Shown one piece after another: positions 30,801 to 44,389 of a DNA stretch of 64,000 bases. The DNA is taken from assembly GCA_964016885.1 (NCBI GenBank), contig OZ024740.1:25730001-25794000 (forward strand). Reading direction: 5' to 3'. Position 1 is the stretch's first letter; the number at the start of each line of letters is the position of its first letter. Made by a program: the position numbers and the translations under genes. A model generated the notes under the pieces. The model was given only the letters and a program-made list of their open reading frames with translations. It was not told the origin of the DNA and did no database searches. The DNA is from Eledone cirrhosa. Its lineage: Eukaryota.

Positions 30801-32900
30801 TTGTAGTTGTAGTTACTTCTATTGTAGTTGTAGTTACTACTATTGTAGTTGTAGTTACTTCTATTGTATTTGTAGTTACTACTATTGTAGTTGTAGTTAC
30901 TTCTATCGTAGTTGTTCTTACTTCTATTGTAGTTGTAGTTACTTCTATTGTAGTTGTAGTTACTTCTATTGTAGTTGTAGATACTTCTATTGTAGTTGCA
31001 GATACTTCTATTGTAGATGTAGATACTTCTATTGTAGGTGTAGTTACTTCTATTGTAGTTGTAGTTACTTCTATTGTAGTTGTAATTACGTCTATTGTAG
31101 TTGTAGTTACTTCTATTGTAGTTGTAGTTACTTTATTGTAGTTGTAGTTACTTCTATTGTAGTTGTAGTTACTTCTATTGTAGTTGTAGATACTTCTATT
31201 GTAGTTGTAGCTACTTCTATTGTAGATGTAGATACTTCTATTGTAGTTGTAGTTACTTCTATTGTAGTTGTAGTTACTTCTATTGTAGTTGTAATTACTT
31301 CTATTGTAGTTGTAGATACTTCTATTGTAGTTGTAGTTACTTCTATTGTAGATGTAGATACTTCTATTGTAGTTGTTGTTACTTCTATTGTAGTTGTACT
31401 TACTTCTATTGTAGTTGTAGTTACTTCTATTGTAGTTGTAGTTACTTCTATTGTAGTTGTAGTTACTTCTATTGTAGTTGTAGTTACTTCTATTGTAGTT
31501 GTAGTTACTTCTATTGTAGTTGTAGTTACTTCTATTGTAGTTGTAGTTACTTCTATTGTAGTTGTAGTTACTTCTATTGTAGTTGTAGTTACTTCTATTG
31601 TAGTTGTAGTTACTTCTATTGTAGTTGTAGTTACTTCTATTGTAGTTGTAGTTATTTCTATTGTAGTTGTAGTTACTTCTATTGTAGTTGTATTTACTTC
31701 TAGTGTAGTTGTAGTTACTTCTATTGTAGTTTTAGTTACTACTATTGTAGTTGTAGTTACTTCTATTGTAGTTGTAGTTACTTCTATTGTAGTTGTAGTT
31801 ACTACTATTGTAGTTGTAGTTACTTCTATTGTAGTTATAGATACTTCTATTATAGTTGTAGTTACTTCTATTGTAGTTGTAGTTACTTCTATTGTAGTTG
31901 TAGTTACTTCTATTGTAGTTGTAGATACTTCTATTGCAGTTGTAGTTACTTCTATTGTAGTTGTAGATACTTCTATTGTAGTTGTAGATACTTCTATTGT
32001 AGTTGTAGTTACTTCTATTGTAGTTGTAGTTACTTCTATTGTAGTTGTAGTTACTTCTATTGTAGTTGTAGATACATCTATTGTAGTTGTAGTTACTTCT
32101 ATTGTAGATGTAGATACTTCTATTGTAGTTGTAGTTACTTCTATTGTAGTTGTAGTTACTTCTATTGTAGTTGTAGATACTTCTATTGTAGTTGTAGTTA
32201 CTTCTATTGTAGTTGTAGATACTTCTATTGTAGTTGTAGTTACTTCTATTGTAGATGTAGATACTTCTATTGTAGTTGTAGTTACTTCTATTGTAGTTGT
32301 AGTTACTACTATTGTAGTTGTAGTTACTTCTATTGTATTTGTAGTTACTACTATTGTAGTTGTAGTTACTTCTATCGTAGTTGTTCTTACTTCTATTGTA
32401 GTTGTAGTTACTTCTATTGTAGTTGTAGTTACTTCTATTGTAGTTGTAGATACTTATATTGTAGTTGCAGATACTTCTATTGTAGATGTAGATACTTCTA
32501 TTGTAGGTGTAGTTACTTCTATTGTAGTTGTAATTACGTCTATTGTAGTTGTAGTTACTTCTATTGTAGTTGTAGTTACTTTATTGTAGTTGTAGTTACT
32601 TCTATTGTAGTTGTAGTTACTTCTATTGTAGTTGTAGATACTTCTATTGTAGTTGTAGCTACTTCTATTGTAGATGTAGATACTTCTATTGTAGTTGTAG
32701 TTACTTCTATTGTAGTTGTAGTTACTTCTATTGTAGTTGTAATTACTTCTATTGTAGTTGTAGATACTTCTATTGTAGTTGTAGTTACTTCTATTGTAGA
32801 TGTAGATACTTCTATTGTAGTTGTTGTTACTTCTATTGTAGTTGTACTTACTTCTATTGTAGTTGTAGTTACTTCTATTGTAGTTGTAGTTACTTCTATT
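26150..32900. repeat. Tandem duplication of a 3,378-bp unit (161 monomers minus 3 bp)
   Basis: Markers 26283/29661, 26911/30289 and 27752/31130 are offset 3,378. 29179/32578 is offset 3,399 because a pure-consensus run gained one monomer (759-aa vs 766-aa ORFs). Confidence 0.88.
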
Positions 32901-35900
32901 GTAGTTGTAGATACTTCTATTGTAGTTGTATATACTTGTTTTGTAGTTGTAGTTACTTCTATTGTAGTTGTAGTTACTTCTATTGTAGTTGTAGTTACTT
33001 CTATTGTAGTTGTAGTTAATTCTCTTGTAGTTGTAGTTACTTCTATTGTACTTGTAGTTATTTCTATTGTAGTTGTAGTTATTTCTATTGTAGTTGTAGT
33101 TACTTCTATTGTAGTTGTAGTTACTTCTATTGTAGTTGTAGTTACTTCTATTGTAGTTGTAGTTACTTCTATTGTAGTTGTAGTTACTTTATTGCAGTTG
33201 TAGTTACTTCTCTTGTAGTTGTAGTTACTTCTATTGTAGTTGTAGTTATTTCTATTGTAGTTGTAGTTACTTCTATTGTAGTTGTATTTACTTCTAGTGT
33301 AGTTGTAGTTACTTCTATTGTAGTTGTAGTTACTACTATTGTAGTTGTAGTTACTTCTATTGTAGTTGTAGTTACTTCTATTGTAGTTGTAGTTACTACT
33401 ATTGTAGTTGTAGTTACTTCTATTGTAGTTATAGATACTTCTATTATAGTTGTAGTTACTTCTATTGTAGTTGTAGTTACTTCTATTGTAGTTGTAGTTA
33501 CTTCTATTGTAGTTGTAGATACTTCTATTGCAGTTGTAGTTACTTCTATTGTAGTTGTAGATACTTCTATTGTAGTTGTAGATACTTCTATTGTAGATGT
33601 AGATACTTATATTGTAGTTGTAGAAGCTTCTATTGTAGTTGTAGTTACTTCTATTGTAGTTGTAGTTACTTCTATTGTAGTTGTAGTTACTTCTATTGTA
33701 GTTGTAGTTACTTCTATTGTAGTTGTAGTTACTTCTATTGTAGTTGTACTTACTTCTATTGTAGTTGTAGATACTTCTATTGTAGTTGTAGTTACTTCTA
33801 TTGTAGATGTAGATACTTCTATTGTAGTTGTAGTTACTTCTATTGTAGTTGTAGTTACTTCTATTGTAGTTGTAGATACTTCTATTGTAGTTGTAGTTAC
33901 TTCTATTGTAGTTGTAGATACTTCTATTGTAGTTGTAGTTACTTCTATTGTAGATGTAGATACTTCTATTGTAGTTGTAGTTACTTCTATTGTAGTTGTA
34001 GTTACTACTATTGTAGTTGTAGTTACTTCTATTGTATTTGTAGTTACTACTATTGTAGTTGTAGTTACTTCTATCGTAGTTGTTCTTACTTCTATTGTAG
34101 CTGTAGTTACTTCTATTGTAGTTGTAGTTACTTCTATTGTAGTTGTAGATACTTCTATTGTAGTTGCAGATACTTCTATTGTAGATGTAGATACTTCTAT
34201 TGTAGGTGTAGTTACTTCTATTGTAGTTGTAGTTACTTCTATTGCAGTTGTAATTACGTCTATTGTAGTTGTAGTTACTTCTATTGTAGTTGTAGTTACT
34301 TTATTGTAGTTGTAGTTACTTCTATTGTAGTTGTAGTTACTTCTATTGTAGTTGTAGATACTTCTATTGTAGTTGTAGTTACTTCTATTGTAGATGTAGA
34401 TACTTCTATTGTAGTTGTAGTTACTTCTATTGTAGTTGTAGTTACTTCTATTGTAGTTGTAGTTACTTCTATTGTAGTTGTAATTACTTCTATTGTAGTT
34501 GTAGATACTTCTATTGTAGTTGTAGTTACTTCTATTGTAGATGTAGATACTTCTATTGCAGTTGTTGTTACTTCTATTGTAGTTGTACTTACTTCTATTG
34601 TAGTTGTAGTTACTTCTATTGTAGTTGTAGTTACTTCTATTGTAGTTGTAGATACTTCTATTGTAGTTGTATATACTTGTTTTGTAGTTGTAGTTACTTC
34701 TATTGTAGTTGTAGTTACTTCTATTGTAGTTGTAGTTACTTCTATTGTAGTTGTAGTTACTTCTATTGTAGTTGTAGTTATTTCTATTGTAGTTGTAGAT
34801 ACTCCTATTGTAGTTGTAGTTACTTCTATTGTAGTTGCAGTTACTTCTAGTGTAGTTGTAGTTACTTCTATTGTAGTTGTAGTTACTACTATTGTAGTTG
34901 TAGTTACTTCTATTGTAGTTGTAGTTTGTTCTATCGTAGATGTAGTTACTTCTATCGTAGGTGTAGTTACTTCTATTGTAGTTGTAGTTACTTCTATTGT
35001 AGTTATAAATACTTCTATTATAGTTGTAGTTACTTCTATTGTAGTTGTAGTTACTTCTATTGTAGTTGTAGTTACTTCTATTGTAGTTGTAGATACTTCT
35101 ATTGCAGTTGTAGTTACTTCTATTGTAGTTGTAGATACTTCTATTGTAGTTGTAGATACTTCTATTGTAGTTGTAGTTACTTCTATTGTAGTTGTAGTTA
35201 CTTCTATTGTAGTTGTAGTTACTTCTATTGTAGTTGTAGATACATCTATTGTAGTTGTAGTTACTTCTATTGTAGATGTAGATACTTCTATTGTAGTTGT
35301 AGTTACTTCTATTGTAGTTGTAGTTACTTCTATTGTAGTTGTAGATACTTCTATTGTAGTTGTAGTTACTTCTATTGTAGTTGTAGATACTTCTATTGTA
35401 GTTGTAGTTACTTCTATTGTAGATGTAGATACTTCTATTGTAGTTGTAGTTACTTCTATTGTAGTTGTAGTTACTACTATTGTAGTTGTAGTTACTTCTA
35501 TTGTATTTGTAGTTACTACTATTGTAGTTGTAGTTACTTCTATCGTAGTTGTTCTTACTTCTATTGTAGTTGTAGTTACTTCTATTGTAGTTGTAGTTAC
35601 TTCTATTGTAGTTGTAGATACTTCTATTGTAGTTGCAGATACTTCTATTGTAGATGTAGATACTTCTATTGTAGGTGTAGTTACTTCTATTGTAGTTGTA
35701 GTTACTTCTATTGTAGTTGTAATTACGTCTATTGTAGTTGTAGTTACTTCTATTGTAGTTGTAGTTACTTTATTGTAGTTGTAGTTACTTCTATTGTAGT
35801 TGTAGTTACTTCTATTGTAGTTGTAGATACTTCTATTGTAGTTGTAGCTACTTCTATTGTAGATGTAGATACTTCTATTGTAGTTGTAGTTACTTCTATT

Positions 35901-37849
35901 GTAGTTGTAGTTACTTCTATTGTAGTTGTAATTACTTCTATTGTAGTTGTAGATACTTCTATTGTAGTTGTAGTTACTTCTATTGTAGATGTAGATACTT
36001 CTATTGTAGTTGTTGTTACTTCTATTGTAGTTGTACTTACTTCTATTGTAGTTGTAGTTACTTCTATTGTAGTTGTAGTTACTTCTATTGTAGTTGTAGA
36101 TACTTCTATTGTAGTTGTATATACTTGTTTTGTAGTTGTAGTTACTTCTATTGTAGTTGTAGTTACTTCTATTGTAGTTGTAGTTACTTCTATTGAAGTT
36201 GTAGTTAATTCTCTTGTAGTTGTAGTTACTTCTATTGTACTTGTAGTTATTTCTATTGTAGTTGTAGTTATTTCTATTGTAGTTGTAGTTACTTCTATTG
36301 TAGTTGTAGTTACTTCTATTGTAGTTGTAGTTACTTCTATTGTAGTTGTAGTTACTTCTATTGTAGTTGTAGTTACTTTATTGCAGTTGTAGTTACTTCT
36401 CTTGTAGTTGTAGTTACTTCTATTGTAGTTGTAGTTATTTCTATTGTAGTTGTAGTTACTTCTATTGTAGTTGTATTTACTTCTAGTGTAGTTGTAGTTA
36501 CTTCTATTGTAGTTGTAGTTACTACTATTGTAGTTGTAGTTACTTCTATTGTAGTTGTAGTTACTTCTATTGTAGTTGTAGTTACTACTATTGTAGTTGT
36601 AGTTACTTCTATTGTAGTTATAGATACTTCTATTATAGTTGTAGTTACTTCTATTGTAGTTGTAGTTACTTCTATTGTAGTTGTAGTTACTTCTATTGTA
36701 GTTGTAGATACTTCTATTGCAGTTGTAGTTACTTCTATTGTAGTTGTAGATACTTCTATTGTAGTTGTAGATACTTCTATTGTAGATGTAGATACTTATA
36801 TTGTAGTTGTAGAAGCTTCTATTGTAGTTGTAGTTACTTCTATTGTAGTTGTAGTTACTTCTATTGTAGTTGTAGTTACTTCTATTGTAGTTGTAGTTAC
36901 TTCTATTGTAGTTGTAGTTACTTCTATTGTAGTTGTAGTTACTTCTATTGTAGTTGTACTTACTTCTATTGTAGTTGTAGATACTTCTATTGTAGTTGTA
37001 GTTACTTCTATTGTAGATGTAGATACTTCTATCGTAGTTGTTCTTACTTCTATTGTAGTTGTAGTTACTTCTATTGTAGTTGTAGTTACTTCTATTGTAG
37101 TTGTAGATACTTCTATTGTAGTTGCAGATACTTCTATTGTAGATGTAGATACTTCTATTGTAGGTGTAGTTACTTCTATTGTAGTTGTAGTTACTTCTAT
37201 TGCAGTTGTAATTACGTCTATTGTAGTTGTAGTTACTTCTATTGTAGTTGTAGTTACTTTATTGTAGTTGTAGTTACTTCTATTGTAGTTGTAGTTACTT
37301 CTATTGTAGTTGTAGATACTTCTATTGTAATTGTAGTTACTTCTATTGTAGATGTAGATACTTCTATTGTAGTTGTAGTTACTTCTATTGTAGTTGTAGT
37401 TACTTCTATTGTAGTTGTAGTTACTTCTATTGTACTTGTAATTACTTCTATTGTAGTTGTAGATACTTCTATTGTAGTTGTAGTTACTTCTATTGTAGAT
37501 GTAGATACTTCTATTGCAGTTGTTGTTACTTCTATTGTAGTTGTACTTACTTCTATTGTAGTTGTAGTTACTTCTATTGTAGTTGTAGTTACTTCTATTG
37601 TAGTTGTAGATACTTCTATTGTAGTTGTATATACTTGTTTTGTAGTTGTAGTTACTTCTATTGTAGTTGTAGTTACTTCTATTGTAGTTGTAGTTACTTC
37701 TATTGTAGTTGTAGTTACTTCTATTGTAGTTGTAGTTATTTCTATTGTAGTTGTAGATACTCCTATTGTAGTTGTAGTTACTTCTATTGTAGTTGCAGTT
37801 ACTTCTAGTGTAGTTGTAGTTACTTCTATTGTAGTTGTAGTTACTACTA

Positions 37850-40800
37850 TTGTAGTTGTAGTTACTTCTATTGTAGTTGTAGTTTGTTCTATCGTAGATG
37901 TAGTTACTTCTATCGTAGGTGTAGTTACTTCTATTGTAGTTGTAGTTACTTCTATTGTAGTTGTAGATACTCCTACTGTAGTTGTAGTTACTTCTATTGT
38001 AGTTGTAGATACTTCTATTGTAGTTGTAGATACTTCTATTGTAGATGTAGATACTTCTATTATAGTTGTAGTTACTTCTATCGTAGTTGTAGTTACTTCT
38101 ATTGTAGTTGTAGTTACTTCTATTGTAGTTGTAGTTACTTCTATTGTAGTTGTAGATACTTCTATTGTAGATGTAGATACTTCTATTGTAGTTGTAGTTA
38201 CTTCTATTGTAGTTGTAGTTACTTCTATTGTAGTTGTAATTACTTCTATTGTAGTTGTAGATACTTCTATTGTAGTTGTAGATACTTCTATTGTAGATGT
38301 AGATACTTCTATTGTAGTTGTTGTTACTTCTATTGTAGTTGTACTTACTTCTATTGTAGTTGTAGTTACTTCTATTGTAGTTGTAGTTACTTCTATTGTA
38401 GTTGTAGATACTTCTATTGTAGTTGTATATACTTGTATTGTAGTTGTAGTTACTTCTATTGTAGTTGTAGTTACTTCTATTGTAGTTGTAGTTACTTCTC
38501 TGGTAGTTGTAGTTACTTCTATTGTACTTGTAGTTATTTCTATTGTAGTTGTAGTTATTTCTATTGTAGTTGTAGATACTTCTATTGTAGTTGTAGTTAC
38601 TTCTATTGTAGTTGTAGATTCTTCTATTGTAGTTGTAGTTACTTCTATTGTAGTTGTAGTTACTTCTATTGTAGTTGTAGTTACTTCAATTGTAGTTGTA
38701 GATACTCCTATTGTAGTTGCAGTTACTTCTATTGTAGTTGCAGTTACTTCTATTGTAGTTGTAGTTACTTCTATTGCAGTTGTAGATACTCCTATTGTAG
38801 TTTTAGATACTTCTATTGTAGATGTAGATACTTATATTGTAGTTGTAGAAGCTTCTATTGTAGTTGTAGTTATTTCTATTGTAGGTGTAGTTACTTCTAT
38901 TGTAGTTGTAGTTACTTCTATTGTAGGTGTAGTTACTTCTATTGTAGTTGTAGTTACTTCTATTGTAGTTGTAGTTACTTCTATTGTAGTTGTAGTTACT
39001 TCTATTGTAGTTGTAGTTACTTCTATTGTAGTTGTAGTTACTTCTATTGTAGTTGTAGTTATTTCTATTGTAGTTGTAGTTACTTCTCTTGTAGTTGTGG
39101 TTACTTCTATTGTAGTTGTAGTTATTTCTATTGTAGTTGTAGTTACTTCTATTGTAGTTGTATTTACTTCTAGTGTAGTTGTAGTTACTTCTATTGTAGT
39201 TATAGTTACTACTATTGTAGTTGTAGTTACTTCTATTGTAGTTGTAGTTTGTTCTATTGTAGTTGTAGTTAATTCTAGTGTAGTTGTAGATACTCCTATT
39301 GTAGTTATAGTTGTTGATACTACTATTGTAGTTGTAGATACTTCTATTGTAGTTGTAGTTACTTCTATTGTAGATGTAGATACTTCTATTGTAGTTGTTG
39401 TTACTTCTATTGTAGTTGTACTTACTTGTATTGTAGTTGTAGTTACTTCTATTGTAGTTGTAGTTACTTCTATTGTAGTTGTAGATACTTCTATTGTAGT
39501 TGTATATACTTGTTTTGTAGTTGTAGTTACTTCTATTGTAGTTGTAGTTACTTCTATTGTAGTTGTAGTTACTTCTATTGTAGTTGTAGTTACTTCTATT
39601 GTAGTTGTAGTTATTTCTATTGTAGTTGTAGATACTCCTATTGTAGTTGTAGTTACTTCTATTGTAGTTGCAGTTACTTCTATTGTAGATGTAGTTATTT
39701 CTATTACAGTTGCAGATACTCCTATTGTAGTTTTAGATACTTCTATTGTAGATGTAGATACTTATATTGTAGTTGTAGAAGCTTCTATTGTAGTTGTAGT
39801 TATTTCTATTGTAGGTGTAGTTACTTCTATTGTAGTTGTAGTTACTTCTATTGTAGGTGTAGTTCCTTCTATTGTAGTTGTAGTTACTTCTATTGTAGTT
39901 GTAGTTACATCTCTTGTAGTTGTAGTTACTTCTATTGTACTTGTAGTTATTTCTATTGTAGTTGTAGTTATTTCTATTGTAGTTGTAGTTACTTCTCTTG
40001 TAGTTGTAGTTACTTCTATTGTAGTTGTAGTTATTTCTATTGTAGTTGTAGTTACTTCTATTTTAGTTGTAGTTACTTCTATTGTAGTTGTAGTTACTTC
40101 TATTGTAGTTGTAGTTACTTCTATTGTAGTTGTAGTTACTTCTATTGTAGTTGTAGTTACTTCTATTGTAGTTGTAGTTACTTCTCTTGTAGTTGTAGTT
40201 ACTTCTATTGTACTTGTAGTTATTTCTATTGTAGTTGTAGTTATTTCTATTGTAGTTGTAGTTACTTCTATTGTAGTTGTAGTTACTTCTATTGTAGTTG
40301 TAGTTACTTCTATTGTAGTTGTAGTTACTTCTATTGTAGTTGTAGTTACTTTATTGCAGTTGTAGTTACTTCTCTTATAGTTGTAGTTACTTCTATTGTA
40401 GTTGTAGTTACTTCTATTGTAGTTGTAGTTACTTCTATTGTAGTTGTAGTTACTTCTATTGTAGTTGTAGTTATTTCTATTGTAGTTGTAGTTACTTCTA
40501 TTGTAGTTGTATTTACTTCTAGTGTAGTTGTAGTTACTTCTATTGTAGTTGTAGTTACTACTATTGTAGTTGTAGTTACTTCTATTGTAGTTGTAGTTAC
40601 TTCTATTGTAGTTGTAGTTCCTACTCTTGTAGTTGTAGTTACTTCTATTGTAGTTATAGATACTTCTATTATAGTTGTAGTTACTTCTATTGTAGTTGTA
40701 GTTACTTCTATTGTAGTTGTAGTTACTTCTATTGTAGTTGTAGATACTTCTATTGCAGATGTAGTTACTTCTATTGTAGTTGTAGATACTTCTATTGTAG

Positions 40801-42400
40801 TTGTAGATACTTCTATTGTAGATGTAGATACTTATATTGTAGTTGTAGAAGCTTCTATTGTAGTTGTAGTTACTTCTATTGTAGTTGTAGTTACTTCTAT
40901 TGTAGTTGTAGTTACTTCTATTGTAGTTGTAGTTACTTCTATTGTAGTTGTAGTTACTTCTATTGTAGTTGTAGTTACTTCTATTGTAGTTGTAGATACT
41001 TCTATTGTAGTTGTAGTTACTTCTATTGTAGATGTAGATACTTCTATTGTAGTTGTAGTTACTTCTATTGTAGTTGTAGTTACTTCTATTGTAGTTGTAG
41101 ATACTTCTATTGTAGTTGTAGTTACTTCTATTGTAGTTGTAGATTCTTCTATTGTAGTTGTAGTTACTTCTATTGTAGATGTAGATACTTCTATTGTAGT
41201 TGTAGTTACTTCTATTGTAGTTGTAGTTACTACTATTGTAGTTGTAGTTACTTCTATTGTATTTGTAGTTACTACTATTGTAGTTGTAGTTACTTCTATC
41301 GTAGTTGTTCTTACTTCTATTGTAGTTGTAGTTACTTCTATTGTAGTTGTAGTTACTTCTATTGTAGTTGTAGATACTTCTATTGTAGTTGCAGATACTT
41401 CTATTGTAGATGTAGATACTTCTATTGTAGGTGTAGTTACTTCTATTGTAGTTGTAGTTACTTCTATTGTAGTTGTAATTACGTCTATTGTAGTTGTAGT
41501 TACTTCTATTGTAGTTGTAGTTACTTTATTGTAGTTGTAGTTACTTCTATTGTAGTTGTAGTTACTTCTATTGTAGTTGTAGATACTTCTATTGTAGTTG
41601 TAGTTACTTCTATTGTAGATGTAGATACTTCTATTGTAGTTGTAGTTACTTCTATTGTAGTTGTAGTTACTTCTATTGTAGTTGTAATTACTTCTATTGT
41701 AGTTGTAGATACTTCTATTGTAGTTGTAGTTACTTCTATTGTAGATGTAGATACGTCTATTGTAGTTGTTGTTACTTCTATTGTAGTTGTACTTACTTCT
41801 ATTGTAGTTGTAGTTACTTCTATTGTAGTTGTAGTTACTTCTATTGTAGTTGTAGATACTTCTATTGTAGTTGTATATACTTGTTTTGTAGTTGTAGTTA
41901 CTTCTATTGTAGTTGTAGTTACTTCTATTGTAGTTGTAGTTACTTCTATTGTAGTTGTAGTTACTTCTCTTGTAGTTGTAGTTACTTCTATTGTACTTGT
42001 AGTTATTTCTATTGTAGTTGTAGTTATTTCTATTGTAGTTGTAGTTACTTCTATTGTAGTTGTAGTTACTTCTATTGTAGTTGTAGTTACTTCTATTGTA
42101 GTTGTAGTTACTTCTATTGTAGTTGTAGTTACTTTATTGCAGTTGTAGTTACTTCTCTTGTAGTTGTAGTTACTTCTATTGTAGTTGTAGTTATTTCTAT
42201 TGTAGTTGTAGTTACTTCTATTGTAGTTGTATTTACTTCTAGTGTAGTTGTAGTTACTTCTATTGTAGTTGTAGTTACTACTATTGTAGTTGTAGTTACT
42301 TCTATTGTAGTTGTAGTTACTTCTATTGTAGTTGTAGTTACTACTATTGTAGTTGTAGTTACTTCTATTGTAGTTATAGATACTTCTATTATAGTTGTAG
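37850..42400. repeat. Dispersed, more diverged copy of the about 8.8-13.3 kb segment (offset about 29 kb)
   Basis: The 429-aa ORF at 37884 matches that at 8838. 27-bp monomer 10252/39298 (29,046). 20-bp monomers 11701/40348, 12414/41523 and 13022/42131. Confidence 0.82.
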
Positions 42401-44389
42401 TTACTTCTATGGTAGTTGTAGTTACTTCTATTGTAGTTGTAGTTACTTCTATTGTAGTTGTAGATACTTCTATTGTAGTTGTAGATACTTCTATTGTAGA
42501 TGTAGATACTTATATTGTAGTTGTAGAAGCTTCTATTGTAGTTGTAGTTACTTCTATTGTAGTTGTAGTTACTTCTATTGTAGTTGTAGTTACTTCTATT
42601 GTAGTTGTAGTTACTTCTATTGTAGTTGTAGTTACTTCTATTGTAGTTGTAGTTACTTCTATTGTAGTTGTAGATACTTCTATTGTAGTTGTAGATACTT
42701 CTATTGTAGATGTAGATACTTATATTGTAGTTGTAGAAGCTTCTATTGTAGTTGTAGTTACTTCTATTGTAGTTGTAGTTACTTCTATTGTAGTTGTAGT
42801 TACTTCTATTGTAGTTGTAGTTACTTCTATTGTAGTTGTAGTTACTTCTATTGTAGTTGTAGTTACTTCTATTGTAGTTGTAGTTACTTCTATTGTAGTT
42901 GTACTTACTTCTATTGTAGTTGTAGATACTTCTATTGTAGTTGTAGTTACTTCTATTGTAGATGTAGATACTTCTATTGTAGTTGTAGTTACTTCTATTG
43001 TAGTTGTAGTTACTTCTATTGTAGTTGTAGATACTTCTATTGTAGTTGTAGTTACTTCTATTGTAGTTGTAGATACTTCTATTGTAGTTGTAGTTACTTC
43101 TATTGTAGATGTAGATACTTCTATTGTAGTTGTAGTTACTTCTATTGTAGTTGTAGTTACTACTATTGTAGTTGTAGTTACTTCTATTGTATTTGTAGTT
43201 ACTACTATTGTAGTTGTAGTTACTTCTATCGTAGTTGTTCTTACTTCTATTGTAGTTGTAGTTACTTCTATTGTAGTTGTAGTTACTTCTATTGTAGTTG
43301 TAGATACGTCTATTGTAGTTGCAGATACTTCTATTGTAGATGTAGATACTTCTATTGTAGGTGTAGTTACTTCTATTGTAGTTGTAGTTACTTCTATTGT
43401 AGTTGTAATTACGTCTATTGTAGTTGTAGTTACTTCTATTGTAGTTGTAGTTACTTTATTGTAGTTGTAGTTACTTCTATTGTAGTTGTAGTTACTTCTA
43501 TTGTAGTTGTAGATACTTCTATTGTAGTTGTAGTTACTTCTATTGTAGATGTAGATACTTCTATTGTAGTTGAAGTTACTTCTATTGTAGTTGTAGTTAC
43601 TTCTATTGTAGTTGTAGTTACTTCTATTGTAGTTGTAATTACTTCTATTGTAGTTGTAGTTACTTCTATTGTAGTTGTAGTTACTTCTATTGTAGTTGTA
43701 GTTACTTCTATTGTAGTTGTAGTTACTTCTATTGTAGTTGTAGTTATTTCTATTGTAGTTGTAGATACTCCTATTGTAGTTGTAGTTACTTCTATTGTAG
43801 TTGCAGTTACTTCTATTGTAGTTGTAGTTATTTCTATTACAGTTGCAGATATTCCTATTGTAGTTTTAGATACTTCTATTGTAGATGTAGATACTTATAT
43901 TGTAGTTGTAGAAGCTTCTATTGTAGTTGTAGTTATTTCTATTGTAGGTGTAGTTACTTCTATTGTAGTTGTAGTTACTTCTATTGTAGGTGTAGTTACT
44001 TCTATTGTAGTTGTAGTTACTTCTATTGTAGTTGTAGTTACTTCTATTGTAGTTGTAGTTATTTCTATTGTAGGTGTAGTTACTTCTATTGTAGGTGTAG
44101 TTACTTCTATTGTAGGTGTAGTTACTTCTATTGTAGTTGTAGTTACTTCTATTGTAGTTGTAGTTACTTCAATTGTAGTTGTAGTTAATTCTATTGTAGT
44201 TGTAGTTACTTCTATTGTAGTTGTAGTTACTTCTATTGTACTTGTAGTTATTTCTATTGTAGTTGTAGTTATTTCTATTGTAGTTGTAGTTACTTCTCTT
44301 GTAGTTGTAGTTACTTCTATTGTAGTTGTAGTTATTTCTATTGTAGTTGTAGTTACTTCTATTGTAGTTGTAGTTATTTCTATTGTAGT

